The notes under the pieces are model-generated. The model saw only the letters and a program-made list of their open reading frames with translations, was not told the DNA's origin and did not search any database. From assembly GCA_013265495.1 (NCBI GenBank), contig MU057416.1:1110545-1174544 (forward strand): a DNA stretch of 64,000 nt, written 5' to 3'. Shown in pieces: positions 1 to 12,386 of the stretch. Positions within the stretch are counted from its first letter, which is position 1, and the number at the start of each line of letters is the position of its first letter. A program made the translations under genes and the position numbers. The DNA is from Vicugna vicugna. Taxonomy: Eukaryota.

Positions 1-369
1 AAGTTTCAGGAGACCAGTAAACCAGCTTCTCTTTGCCCTCGGGCTCTCTCGGCCTGGTGGTGGAGACTTTCTGGAGGGGATAAAAGTGTCTAAGCTTCCT
101 CTGGGGCCGAAAAGTACACACGTGCTACGAGAAATGTGTTCTGGTCTCTCGAAAGCACCAAGTAGTCATGGAGGAGGCCTTCGAAATTGTTTGCAAGGAT
201 GTGGACGGGCAAGCGTCGTGCGAGGCTGGCTGGGTGGTGCGAGGCTTCCCACCCGGGCGCGCGGGAGGCGAGGGTCTTCCACGCTGTGCTTCCGGGGATC
301 TGTGTTTGCTGAGCCCAGGAAACTCGAACCTGTCCTCAAAGTCTTGACACTTTGTGCCTTTGCAGACTG

Positions 370-1630
370 CACGCGGGAAGTGCGCGGGGCCGACCGACAC
401 CCCCCCCCCAGGTCAGGTCAAGGTCAGGCTGTTCCAGGCGCGCGCTCGGGAGCGCGGCGCGGAGGCGCGGGAAGGCGGAGGCGGGAGAGCAAGGCAGTGA
501 CCTCCTCGCGGGCGGGGAGGCCCAGATCTCCTCAGCCCCTGCCCGCGGGTGGATGGGGCGCACGGCCCGTGACGCTGAGCCCGGATAAAATATGCCAGAA
601 CTGTCTTCTTGGGCTCATCAAGGCTGCGGGAGCCTCCCCAAGCCATCATCCTTTGTAATTGCAACCGTCAATCAACGCTTTAAGACAAAGTCAGAGCCGG
701 GAAGGACGAGCCTGGAGACCAGCCTCGTAGGAAAGAAGGTGGGGGCGTGGGGGACGTGGCGGGGAAAGGGAGCGAAGTTTGCCAGGGCTTGGCAGGAGAA
801 CAGGGAGGAAACTGAGGAGGCGCACGGCAGCCGAAGCCAGAGCTGCCTCTCCGGGCCCCCCGGGTTCCCGTCTCCGGCCCCCACCTGTTACACTTCCCGC
901 AGCTGGGGTGGATTCTTCAGTGTGCCTCCCCTAAGAGGCGGTGGGTGAGACGGCCCCGCCGAGGATGGGAGGCGTCGGCCCGCCTGCGGGGGCTTTATCA
1001 TTCCAAGGCGGTGGGTGTATCTTTCTGGGAGTGCAGACCACCGCCAGCATCGACGTTTCAGCCACACAGACCCTGCTCCCCCACCCCCATCTCATCTGCT
1101 TCCCCTCCTGGGGTCCGCTTGGCCCCCCTACCACGTGCTGCGGCCTCTGCCACCTACAACCATCCCCAGGCGACCGACCCGGCCCCGCGGCGGGCTCGGG
1201 CACCTCCGCCGCCGCCACCCTTCCCCGAGGGTGTTCTTGGGAGCCCAGCCCACCCCGGGTCACAGGGCTCCAGTGCGGAAAGGGTGCGCTTGGCCGAGGG
1301 CGGTAACGAGCGCGCGTCCGAAGCCAGGTACCGCCGCCCCTTCCTCGGCCTCTGCCCCAGGGTTGCGGACTCCGCTGCTCCCCTAAACCCCACGCGGAGC
1401 GCCCGGGGAAAGTGGACTGGACCCTCGGGTCTCTCCTGTGGGAGATTTCGGTGGACGAGGCGGGGTTTCGAGATACCCCGAGGGGATCCGGATGGCTGTG
1501 GCCCTCGGGAGCCCTTCCGTTCCTGGAACTGGAGGCCTGCAGCACCGAGGGCTCCATTTCTAAGCAGAGGAGGCTTTCTCTCGGCGTGAGACCTCCGCAA
1601 TCTCGGCGCCTGGAACAGGGCTCGCATCTT
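370..1630. promoter_or_regulatory. CpG island upstream of exon 2 (intron 1)
   Basis: Very GC- and CpG-dense; GC boxes; tandem AGGTCA half-sites at 410-426. Confidence 0.7.
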
Positions 1631-3986
1631 ACTAAGCAGGGCCGCCTGCCTGCACTGGCGCTTCAAAGCAGGCAGAAAGCTTCGGACCTTTCCTCTGAGT
1701 CAACTGTGGGTTCTTTTAAAAAGGGCGGGTTTTTAAAACATTGACCCCAACCCCTTTTCTCCCCCGTTGCCGCTGTCTTTTGTGAGGAAGCCACATGGAT
1801 GCCAGCTAGTCCTTTATCACCATCCCTCCAGGTCTTTGGGGGTCTGATGGGAAGGCAGACTGGCCTAGAATGAAGACACCAGTGTGGCTTAAACAGGTCC
1901 CTTCTGGGGTTGAGGCCGGGTTATGAACGTGATCACGAAGTTTGCCACCAGCCAAGTCAGGCTCAGCCTCGAGAGCCGGTAAAATGTGTGCCACACTGCA
2001 ATTAGGGGGTCCTGGCAGTCCCTGTGTCTACTTCTGACTCTCCTTAACCTCTTCCTCCTGCTCTACCAGCCAGAGGGCCTTCTCTCCCCAACCGAGGGCA
2101 GCACCGGGCCCCTGAGCTGTCTGCCTGGGGCTGGGAAGGCGCCCATAGGCTCCTTGATTACCGTGGGAGGGGGTGGTTCTTACATGAAGGCTTTGTAATC
2201 AACTTATTCCCAAAGTTCATCTGAACCCACAAGTCAAGCCCTGTGAGCACTTATTTGAGCTCCGAGACTTACTCCCTTTCTGAACTTAATTCACGAAGAT
2301 ACTGAAAACTAGGAACACTGAGAATAAATGAATGTTGCTTGATACTGTCACCAACATCTGAGCATCTTAAGGGCCACTAATCTGGGCAAACTCAGCCCCC
2401 TCCTCTTCACAAACTAATGGGCAGCCAACCCACCAAGTTGAGATGTTTTCATGAAACCTGCAAATGCTACTAAAACAGATTTTTAAAAGTTTAAATTTGA
2501 ACTTGGATTCTGAATACTAGATATTGAAGAGCAAAGTAACAACCAGTTTAGAGAGGCAGCAGTGTGGCCAGGCACGGGTAGAGGAGGAACTCCTTCCGGA
2601 TAAAACCATAGGTTAGGCATGACAATGATCGGAGTATTTTTCAGTTCATCAAATACTGGACCCGGCAGTTTGAATGTGTGATCTCTACGCCATTCAAATA
2701 GAATAAATTCAGAGCTTTTGAGATTCAAATTCAGCCCCTTGTGGGTGGACTCTGATAATCGCCAGGCCGCACAGCAGACACTGAATATAAGGCATTTCGC
2801 GTGCAGTCGGGAGGCTGGGGAGATGTTTTCATCTTGCTGGGATGAGATCTGAAAACTTAGAAGGTGGGGCTGCGCTGGTGGCTGAAAAGCTTGCATAACA
2901 GATGGTTCTTTAAAACTTTTTAAAGTGCCGGCCCTCTGGGCCTCATGTGGCTGGTCCCACCCAAGAGACCAGAATGAAAAAAGGAAAGCCCAGATGCATC
3001 TCCGCATTCTAAATGAAAACGCAGTTCACGCAAACTTAGGAAGTCCGCCGCCAAGATAATCTTGGGCTCGAGGAAGGGGATGGTGCATATAAGTGAGCCC
3101 AGGCACTGGGGAAGGGTGGGGAAACGGGGTTAGCTGTTCCAATTCCCAACAAGTGAGGGAACTTGCGGCCACACGGCTGCCCCCGTACCCCCCGGGGGAG
3201 CAGGTGAGCCGCGCTTCGAGCTCGGCCGCTCCCGGGGTCGCGGGGGCTGAGTGCCGAGAGGAGTGAGGTGGAGACACCCTTGAGAGCAGGTTAGCTCCTC
3301 TTTTCTAGGTTGTTTTAATGTGTGTTTAACTCTTCGTGCTGCCCCTCACCGACGCACACCGGGGGCGCGCCCATCCCCACTCCCACCCCCGTCCCGCTGG
3401 CTTCCCCTGCGCGAGCCGCAGTCTCCGCACCAGCTTCCCCTCCTTGGCCGCCGCGTTCAGACAGAGGTCGCCTCTCGCCCGCTGTAAGCCCCGCCGCGCT
3501 CGCATCCCCCGCCCCGGGCCAGAGAGGGGTGGGAGGGGGCGAGGCGGGGTGAAGAGGTTGGGGCAGGCGAGGGGACCGGAGCCTGCGCCTCGTCCTCATT
3601 GGCTGGCGTCTGGTGTCCGACCCGAGCCCGGAACCCGCGTCCCCATTCACTGTCATCACCCCTCTTCCCAGCCTTCCCCTTACCCCGGCCCTACTTACCT
3701 CCCTTCTCCTCCTCTTCCTCCCCCTTCCTCCCCGGGCGCCCTCGGAGCTGGAGAGGACTGCTCTCCGTCAGGCGCCGGCAGACGAAGCAGCAGAGGGAGG
3801 CTGGAACTTCTTAACTCAGCGCTTGCAGAGAGCGGAGGGAAGCGGAGACGGGGAAGGGGCGGAGAGGAGAGTGAGGCCAGAGAGCGCGCGAGACTGAGAC
3901 CCTGCCGCTTCCGAGCGGAGCGCGGCGGAGGGAGGGCGGGGGTCGCCCGCGCCGAGCCGTCCGGGAGCAGCGGCACCGGCACCGCC

Positions 3987-4006
3987 GCGGCGGCGGCGGC
4001 GGCGGC
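3987..4006 (+). repeat. (GCG)6 trinucleotide repeat
   Basis: gcggcggcggcggcggcggc read directly. Confidence 0.9.
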
Positions 4007-4366
4007 AGGACAGCAGCTCGACCGCCGCCTCCTCTGCGCGCCGGGAGCCCGGCCGTCCGCGCATCCGCGCCCCGGGCAGCTGCGGCCTCGCCGAGCCCGA
4101 CCTTGGCGCCCGGACGCGGTCTTCGCTCTCAGCCCGCTTCCTCCTCCTCCTCGCCGCGGCTTGGGCGCTGCGAGACTGGACGGGACTCGGGGTCTTGAGC
4201 GCAGCCCCGGAGGCGGCGGAGGCGCGCTCCAGAGAGCGGGCGAGGGAGCAGCCACCCGGCCGCCCCCTCCTTCTTCCCTCCGGAGTTGAATCTGTGCCGC
4301 CCGTGTCCGGGTGCTGGGCTTCCGGACCGACACGGACCCCCTACCCCGGCCCGCGGCCGCCTTGTC

Positions 4367-4448
4367 ATGCTGCCCAAAGTGGAGACGGAAGCCCTGGGAC
4401 TGGCTCGGTCGCATGGGGAACAGGGGCAGATGCCGGAAAACATGCAAG
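4367..4448 (+). CDS. NR5A2: NR5A2 exon-2-derived coding segment, MLPKVETEALGLARSHGEQGQMPENMQ (start of the shorter ~501-aa isoform type; homology to human exon 2 extends back to 4311)
   Basis: The translation GAGLPDRHG..ARGRLVMLPKVETEALGLARSHGEQGQMPENMQ matches the LRH-1 N-terminus. Donor AAG|GTAAGG at 4448/4449 is phase 1 and joins exon 3 in frame (G+TG=Val). There is an in-frame TGA upstream at 4196-4198. Confidence 0.9.
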
Positions 4449-5259
4449 GTAAGGAGGCGCTCGCGGCGCTCGCGTCCCGCGGCTCTCCCGCCCCGGGCTT
4501 ACCCTGCGGGCTGCAGCCGCCCGTTCCGCGCGGGGCTGGACGCTTGCCGCTGCGGGACTGCGAGGCAGTGCGCGCGCGGGCGGCAGCCCCCCTCCCCAGA
4601 GGTAGGCATAAAAGTTTATGGCTCTTGAACAATGCTGGGTGGAGATTTTCCAAGCAATGCCTAATTGGCCGCTTCTAATTAAGAGAGACTTTGAGCTTTT
4701 TAGATACCAGAGCGGGGTAGTTTCAGGCTAGAGATGCTTTATAATAGTAAGAGCATTCGGAGAAATGGACTGTCTCCCTGGAAACCCGAGCAGGTTCCCC
4801 ATCGTTGGAACCGGTGGGAGCTGGAACCAGTGCTCTTGAGTGGAGGAGGGACCCTCTACCTCGGGGAAAGCTGGCTAAGCCGTGTTAGAACTGGTGGGCA
4901 TCCCAAAGCCCAGGCGCGCACTGGGAACCGGCTCCAGTTGGCACCACTTGATACCCTCAGGAAGGACTGAAGACCAGAGTTACCCCCAGCCCATCCTGCG
5001 GCTGGGCCCTGCGCGGTGAGTGCAGGGCGGGGGCGCCGTTTTGCTCCATTCCTCTCCTGTCTGAGAGCTGGGGATCTGAAGTCCGATTTGTTTTTCCCAG
5101 CTCTCGATTGCTAACGGGAACAACAACAAAAGCAAATCCCTCAGGCTAGATTTTCGCCCGCATAACAAAATAAGAGACTCTAGATCTGGGCCTCTTAAGC
5201 CTTTCAGAAGTTTATCGCAGTTGCTCTGGGCCGGGGTGGGAACAATGCTAGGAAAAGTC

Positions 5260-6450
5260 ACCGGCGCTCTTCCCTCCTCACCCCTTCCAGCGCGCAGGAT
5301 GTGCGGGCAGGCGGGCCTCTGATCCCGGAACGCTTCCTGCCATCCCCTTGAGCGAACTTGAAAGGGCCGGGGAGGCGTGGAGAGCAGAGTTCAGGTCTGG
5401 TGCACGCGGGGGCAGTGCGGGAGAGGCGGTGCGCCCGCGGCGCTGGGCCGGGGCCTGAGGTCGCCCGGCTGCACAGGGCAGAGGGGGCGGCGGGAAGGCG
5501 TGCGTCCTGCGGGTGGGACTCCTCTCGGGACCCGGAGTCTCTCCAAGCCTCTAGGGAGGGCCGTGCAAGTCCTCTGGGGCCGAGGCCCGAGTCTAACTCG
5601 TGGGTTGGCTGCCGGGGGAACCCGGTTGACCCAAAGAGGCTTTTCCGCTCTCACCTGGGACTGCGCGAAAGGGAGCCTAGGGGACGCGGAGCTGCAACGG
5701 GACCCTCTTTGGACAAGTGCCGAGAAAGCCTCTCCTTTGGGCTCCCTTGAGGCCGGCGAGATCCTTGGTTCCAAAGGAAAGTTTCTCCTTACAGCGCGCG
5801 CGTTTCTGAGCGACTCGGGGAAAAAACGTGCGGGAGAAGCTGGAGCAGGAGGTGGGAGAGGCCAGAGTAAGGGTCTGGGGGAAGGTGGGAGGGAAATGCC
5901 AGTGCAGTATTTTTTTCGTAAAATCCGAGAGGAGTGTTGTTGACACCACCTACCGCCCCAAAGCAGAACGGTGGCTTTCCCTGGTGCCCAGGGCTCGGAG
6001 AAGCCGCCGGCCGCTTGCTCAGGCGAGGGTGGGAAGCGGCGTGGGAAGCGCCCAGGCGCTGCTTCCTCCAGGCCACGCAGCTTGTGGCTCGAGAGGAGCC
6101 CCTGGGGACGGGGACCCCACTCCCAAGCTCCTGGGTTCCAGGACAGTCGGGGGAACTTCTCCGCGTGCTGCTGCGGCCTTAGCTTTCCAAGGCCGCACGG
6201 TCTCCTCTACTGTCTCAATCCCCTACGGATTCGGTTCCCCAAACGCTGACTTGGGTTATAGCCCCTGGGAGACAGCAGGACGCCCCAGTCTCGCACAGTG
6301 GCGTCGGCGTCGGCGTCTGTCTTTGAATTTTCCAAGAGGGTCCCCAGCCTCGGTCTCTTCAGTGTTGGATCCCCGAGGCACGCACGGCTTCCCTGTGAAC
6401 GGTCGCCCCTGTGGACCCCTCGGGTGCGGAGTTAGAGCTGACTTCGTTGG
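5260..6450. promoter_or_regulatory. CpG-rich island in intron 2
   Basis: High GC and CpG density by inspection. Confidence 0.55.
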
Positions 6451-6929
6451 GGAAAGGGGGAGGTAGGAAAGAACACTTAGTCAAGCACACTTTTTTCCTG
6501 TCCCTAAAATGTGCTTCAAGACAACAGTCACAGCTTTAGGAGGGATGGGGTTACAAACTTCTGGAACCCTCAGCCTCTCCCAAGTCCCCAGGTTCCCCGA
6601 ACCCCATCTCGGACCCCTCAGGGCTGGGACTCGGGCAGGCATCTCTTTATTTCTATTTCACGGAGCCCAGGGGCCTGCCTCTGCTGGAACATCTTTTCCC
6701 AGGAGCTCTCCACCTCCACCCCCCGACCCTTGAATCCCACAACTCTGGCTCACTCACTCCGATTTCTGCCCCAGCCCAGGGCTCCGTGTCTCCGGGAGAG
6801 CTGGCCCCACTCTGCGGGCCAGGGCTGGGCCCTCAGCCGAGGAGCGCTGCAAGTGACCCCCACCCCGAAGGCCGTGTCCAGAGGCCCCCATAATCCGTAA
6901 AGAAAACCTTTAGCAAGGAAATCGTCGGC

Positions 6930-7300
6930 AAGGCAGCCAATGTGGTGACAGAGTGGCCGGGTACTTTGGGGATGGAGTGGGGGCTCTTTCTCCCTTTCCT
7001 TTTCGGTAAACAAATCAGAGGAAACTTCTGCCCGGCCCTGGGCTTCCCCCATCCCCCCGCCCCGCCCCCCGCAAACGCCACTGATTAACTTAAAACAAAC
7101 TTGACTTGGCGTTTGTGCGCCTGTGTGTAGCCGAAAGTTGAGCAAGGGGCGAGAGGCGACTGCGCCCCGGAGTTTCACGGAGGTGCCCGGAGGGTTCGGG
7201 CGGCGGCCGGGCTGCGCGGATCTGTGCCGTCCGACCCCGCCGCGCGCGCTCCGAGCTCTGACCCGCGTGGACCGAGTCTCTGGGAGGCACCAGATCAGGT
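6930..7300 (+). promoter_or_regulatory. Candidate internal promoter and alternative non-coding first exon in intron 2
   Basis: CCAAT 6937-6941, GTAAACAAA 7006-7014, GC boxes 7053-7072, TAAAACAAA 7091-7099, then CpG-rich sequence and donor-like CAG|GTATTA at 7298/7299. Confidence 0.5.
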
Positions 7301-8235
7301 ATTATCTGGGGTCTCCTGGCCACGGCTCCTCCTGGGCAGTTCATCCGAACTTGAGCTGCGAAGACGCCTTCGAGGGGCTGTGTCCGGAGGAAGGCGGTTA
7401 CCCGATCCCTGCAGGGAGCCGCGCGCAGCCGCGGCCTGATTTCTGTTTAACTTGAACAGGGCGAACTCAAGGTGTTTATATTTTGCAATGATGATCAGAA
7501 ACATGTGAAGTTCATTAAGGAACTTCAATACTTTGCGAGGAAACCAAACCCTCATGTGTATCTTTTTTTTTCTTTTCCTTTTGTTTTTGTTTGTTTGTTT
7601 TCCGGCCGGGCATCCTCCCCTTTTCCTTTTTATTTTTACAGATTTTCAAAAGTGTGGAGATGAAAGTACTCAGGAGCCCTATCAATACGGAACTGAATGT
7701 TTCGATTAATCTAATCTGAACGTTGGGAGCTGCAGGCTGGGGTTGCAGGGGGCCGCAGAGAAGCAGGTTTTGGGGCTTCCATTCCTCCATCAAGTGTTTG
7801 CAAATCTGTGTTGCTATCCCCAGGGCATCCTTAGAGCTGGAGCCAGCTCACCTCAAGAGTGGGAGGAGAACGCCTGTGTTCCTTTCTCTCCCTTAGGCAA
7901 AGGTGATGTTTTGGAACTTGAGCATGGAGGAGCTTTAAAGGGAATTCTAAGTTGGTTCTTTATGCAATTCATGTTTCTATTCTGATTTGTTGCTCTATAG
8001 GGTTAGGAGGCTTGTGTTCGACGGGTCAGCTTAAAAGATTTTTAACAATAGAAACTGGAATTATTTTAAAATTAAAATAATAGAAAGTGCATGTTCATTG
8101 ATGCCCAAAGATGTTTTACTTTCACTGTGTAAGAATAGCTCTCTTCCGTACACTTGGGTCAAACATTTTTATTTTATATTTTACCTGGTGATGTTTGCCC
8201 CCCAATGACCACAATACTTCTGATTGCAGGATTAA

Positions 8236-8451
<216 letters not shown>

Positions 8452-9944
8452 TAAACTGTTGGGTTACTTCTTACAGTTAAATGTAGGCTGTCTTTTTTGG
8501 ACTCAATTAAAAATGAGAGAGGGAGAGAGTTAGTCTCAGGGAGATGATTCTTAGAAATATGTGTCTGATTTAATTCCCAAGGCAAAGAAATTTATGCTGT
8601 TTAGAAAACTTTGCCAGTCTCATGGCTTTAAAATAGTTTATTGTGGTAAAGTGATGTAGCTGTAGAAAGACTTCTATTGCTAACAGTCCAAAATATTGAT
8701 TTTGCTTGACTTATATATATTTAAAGCATCGTTGTTCTCAAGGGGGAGGATGACAAAGTATTTCCCAAATACATTTTAACTTCAGAGTCTTCTGTGCTGC
8801 ACGTCTAAACATTTTTTATCCACGGACATAAAAGTCTAAATTCTCAACTGCGGGATTTCATCCTGATTTATTCCAAAAATAATTTTAAGATGTTTTGAAA
8901 TTTATATCACAAAGAATAAGAAACCAGACCTTAAGTTTATAAAAATAGGTTTCATAAGTATATTACATGACCTGTTTAAATGCAAGAAATTGTAATGTGT
9001 CACATGTACTATATTGCCACTAACAATGTCAACTATACATTAAGGATTTATCTCAGGCCTTTTTTGTATATTCCTGGTAAACTTGATACTCCCTATTGTT
9101 TAACATTTTTAAAAGTAGAAAACTCAGTACAATTACTTAAACCACTGCCAGGAAAATCCCCTTTTTCTCTATAACAAAGTAAGATGGTTTCACTTTGTGG
9201 CCAGTAGGACAAATGTAAAGAAAACACCATCCAACTTGTTACTATGTTATAAAGCTACAGATTTTATATTTGATTAATTCTTTTGCATGAAATATAAGGA
9301 AGGCATACACTCTGCTAAATTTCAACTCTCTGCTATACATTATTTTTTCTTTCCCAATTAGTTGCACCTTTTTTTGTTTTTTTACACAGTTCCCCAACTT
9401 GAATGTATTCCAGTGGAATTACAAATATTTTCCCGTTTTATTCTTTAAATCCTTTTGCTTTTCACTATCTAATGTTGACATTTATTTTAAAAAATCTGAG
9501 GTTTTTGCTATTCCATTTTTCCACTGGTATTTTACAGTAGTTTGCCACTGAACTCGTATCGGGCTGCTTAAAAACAATGCAGCTCTCTAAGAGTGCTTCA
9601 CCTGGAATAGGAAGGTTAATAGGAAAACTTTTTTTTTTCCAAAAAAATTACTGGTCAACATAGAAAGTGTTTTTCTCTGAATGTTGATATGAAATGCTGT
9701 GTAGCGAAATCTCCCCAAGATTTGATGTGATTCTTGAGAAACAGAACTCTGATGCCAGGAAAACCTCCAGCACGGCCTGGCGCTGCTTGAGAGGGCTGAT
9801 CTTGTTAGAAGTGAAACACACCACAGAACCACAGAAGGTCTCAAATGGCGCAATGAAAAGATTTACTGGTGATTTCCTTAAAATGAAACAATAGAAGAGA
9901 CGGGTGCTAGGTTTGTAACATGTCTCGCTGTTTTTCTCTTATAG

Positions 9945-10086
9945 GGCTTTTTTAAGCGAACCGTCCAAAACAATAAAAGGTACACGTGTATAGAAAACCA
10001 GAACTGCCAAATTGACAAAACACAGAGAAAACGTTGTCCTTACTGTCGATTTCAAAAATGTCTAAGTGTTGGAATGAAGCTAGAAG
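9945..10086 (+). CDS. NR5A2: NR5A2 exon 4: second zinc finger ([47 protein letters not shown])
   Basis: Translated by hand (absent from the ORF track). Acceptor tttttctcttatag|GGC and donor GAAG|gtaagt; 142 nt; phases fit both neighbours. Confidence 0.97.
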
Positions 10087-12135
10087 GTAAGTTTCTTCTA
10101 AAGACTACTGCCTGTTAAGTCTCCAAGGACACAGGATTTAAAACAACACTGTACTTATAACATGGTAACAGTATTTTTCTAGTCTTTTAACACTATTGAC
10201 AGGAATGTAAGATCATTTTATGTTTTGTCAGCAGAATAGCCTGAGTTTCATTTAAACACTGGTGAAATCTACTAGGAAAAAAATTGTTAATACCAGGCTT
10301 TCCCCTCCCCCACCTCTGTTTTGGTTTGAGGGGCAGATATATTTATTAGGTTAGATGAAAGGACAGGTTAAATGAAAGCACGACCAAAGTGATTCAACTG
10401 AGAACAAATACAAATAATTTGTGAAAATATTTTTAAAAATCCTTTAAGTCTCCAGAGCAGGACGCCCTGGTAACAGTGTGTTTTTAATCCTTTTACAAGA
10501 GTGCGCCTGTCATAATTGTAACTACTAAGATTCATGACTCCAGAGCAAGAATTAAAGCTTTTAATTATAAAAAAAGGAGTTTCTCATGTAGAGTATCAAT
10601 TTTGATAGTGTGGAAAAGCACGTTTCTTTAAGATGATGACTGAGTCTGCAAAATAAAAAAAATGTGAGAAGCCAGAAACGTGAAAAATAATGAACTATTA
10701 AATCGGTAGTGTTGGTTTGACAAGAATGGTTCCTCAAAAGTCACATTAAACTTTATGTTGAAAAAGTAGACCCTGCATTTACGACGTACAGAAAGTTAAC
10801 AGGTGACCGCTGTAAATAATTTGTCGTTCGTGGACTATCATGGTGTGTTGCTGTTTTTCAGCCTCTGACCTACTGACTTTCCAAAGATTAAATATATACT
10901 GCAAAGAAAGTAGTAGGAAGGGGCACGTATCACCAACGTGCACCAGATGCACAGTGCATGCTATTCGATGAATGAGGCACAAGCTAGTTGTCTGGGGCTT
11001 TTCTGTTTGTGTGGCACTCAGCCTTGAAAGAAACACTCAAAAAGTTTCAAATAAACCTGCTGCATTGCTGATAGACTGCTTCCCAGAGAAGTAGCCACTT
11101 TGGTTATCAAGAAGACTGTTAAGTCAGTGTTGCTTTTAAGACAAGACTGAGAAAGGAATTAATTGATGCTTATTAATTTATTACCAATCCCTGTATTATT
11201 TTCCAAACTGCAAAGCAGTGTGGTACATGCTTACTCTAGTAGGAGACTCAGAAGATAAGCATATGATGTCATTTGAGTCTTTTTTTTTTTTCAACAGTAC
11301 ACTTTCTTAACTATGTCACTTGTGGTGGTGCATACTTTGACCTCCTTGACAGGGATATGAAACAATTGCTCATTCAATAAATTATCATCCAGATGAAAAA
11401 CTCTATTGTCTTGTGCAGTATTCTGGATACCCTTCACAATAAATTTTTAATGTGATACTGATCCTAAGATAAAAAGTTCAAAAACTTCACCTCCAGTAAT
11501 TTAAACATATCACAGGCTCTCAGGGGTCTCTGGCTCCTGTCTCATTGCCATTGGCCACTATGCTAACTAAATTACGAGACATGGCCCCACATGCCAGACC
11601 GTGTTGAGATGGTGGGCCGTTTTGACAGCTTCTGAAATGAATCTGCTTTAAATTCTGTCCAGTTCCACTAGAATTAAAAACAGTAACTGGTAGGTCTCAG
11701 ATGTGTGCTCACAGAGTCCAGTTGAGGGTGATTTTCTAAGAGCGTGTGCCCAGCCCTTCTGCAGTGAGTGAGGGAGATGTTCACAGGCACAACAGAACCC
11801 AGAAACAGGGTATTTGACTCTGCTCTGTTCTCCCTTTTAGCAGTGTGAGTTTCCATACAGAGAATCACAACACAGCTGGCATAATACTTGATACTTTATC
11901 AGTACAAAACCTCCCCTGTGTGTATCAATAGTTAAGAAATCTCGTCAGTTCACCAAAGGGTTAATGTCCCTTTGTATCCAAAATATTTTTTTAATGACAA
12001 ACACACTTGGAGGAAAGAATTCATAAATAAAGAGGACATGGCTTTTTTGGGGAATCTTTGTGGGTTATTGTAATGAAAACAACCACCCACCAACCACTTC
12101 TGATCAATTTTCAGCCTTTCTAAATATCTCGGGAT

Positions 12136-12386
12136 GGGGGGGTGTATAGCTCAGTGGTAGAGGGTGTGCTTCGCATGCACGAGGTCCTGGGTTCAGTCCC
12201 CGTATCTCCATTTAAAAATAAACAGACCTAATGACCTCCCCTCAAATAAATAAATAAAATTTAAAATAAATAAATACAACTAATTACCTAATTAATAATA
12301 AATGAACCTAATTACCTTCCCCTAAAACAAAAAAAAGCAAACTTCCACCCAAATAAAAGAAGTTTAAAAAAATTAAACAGAATAAA
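12136..12386 (+). mobile_element. tRNA-derived SINE (camelid Vic-1-like)
   Basis: A box tagctcagtggtagag, B box ggttcagtccc, then an AT-rich tail with repeated acctaattacc. Confidence 0.85.

Larger units (their letters stand above)
3150..4600 (+). promoter_or_regulatory. CpG-island promoter and 5' region for transcripts starting just upstream of exon 2
   Basis: Dense CpG; GC boxes (about 3507, 3541-3549, about 3935); reverse CCAAT ATTGGCT 3598-3604; forkhead-like TGTTTAAC 3323-3330; I saw no ATG between about 3700 and 4367. Confidence 0.7.

Noticed and set aside
86..7455. Many long overlapping ORFs (for example 3336-4289, 317 aa; 3695-4447, 250 aa)
   Set aside because: Low-complexity R/G/A/P translations in all frames are expected from stop-poor CpG islands. 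They have no recognisable domains and mostly non-ATG starts.
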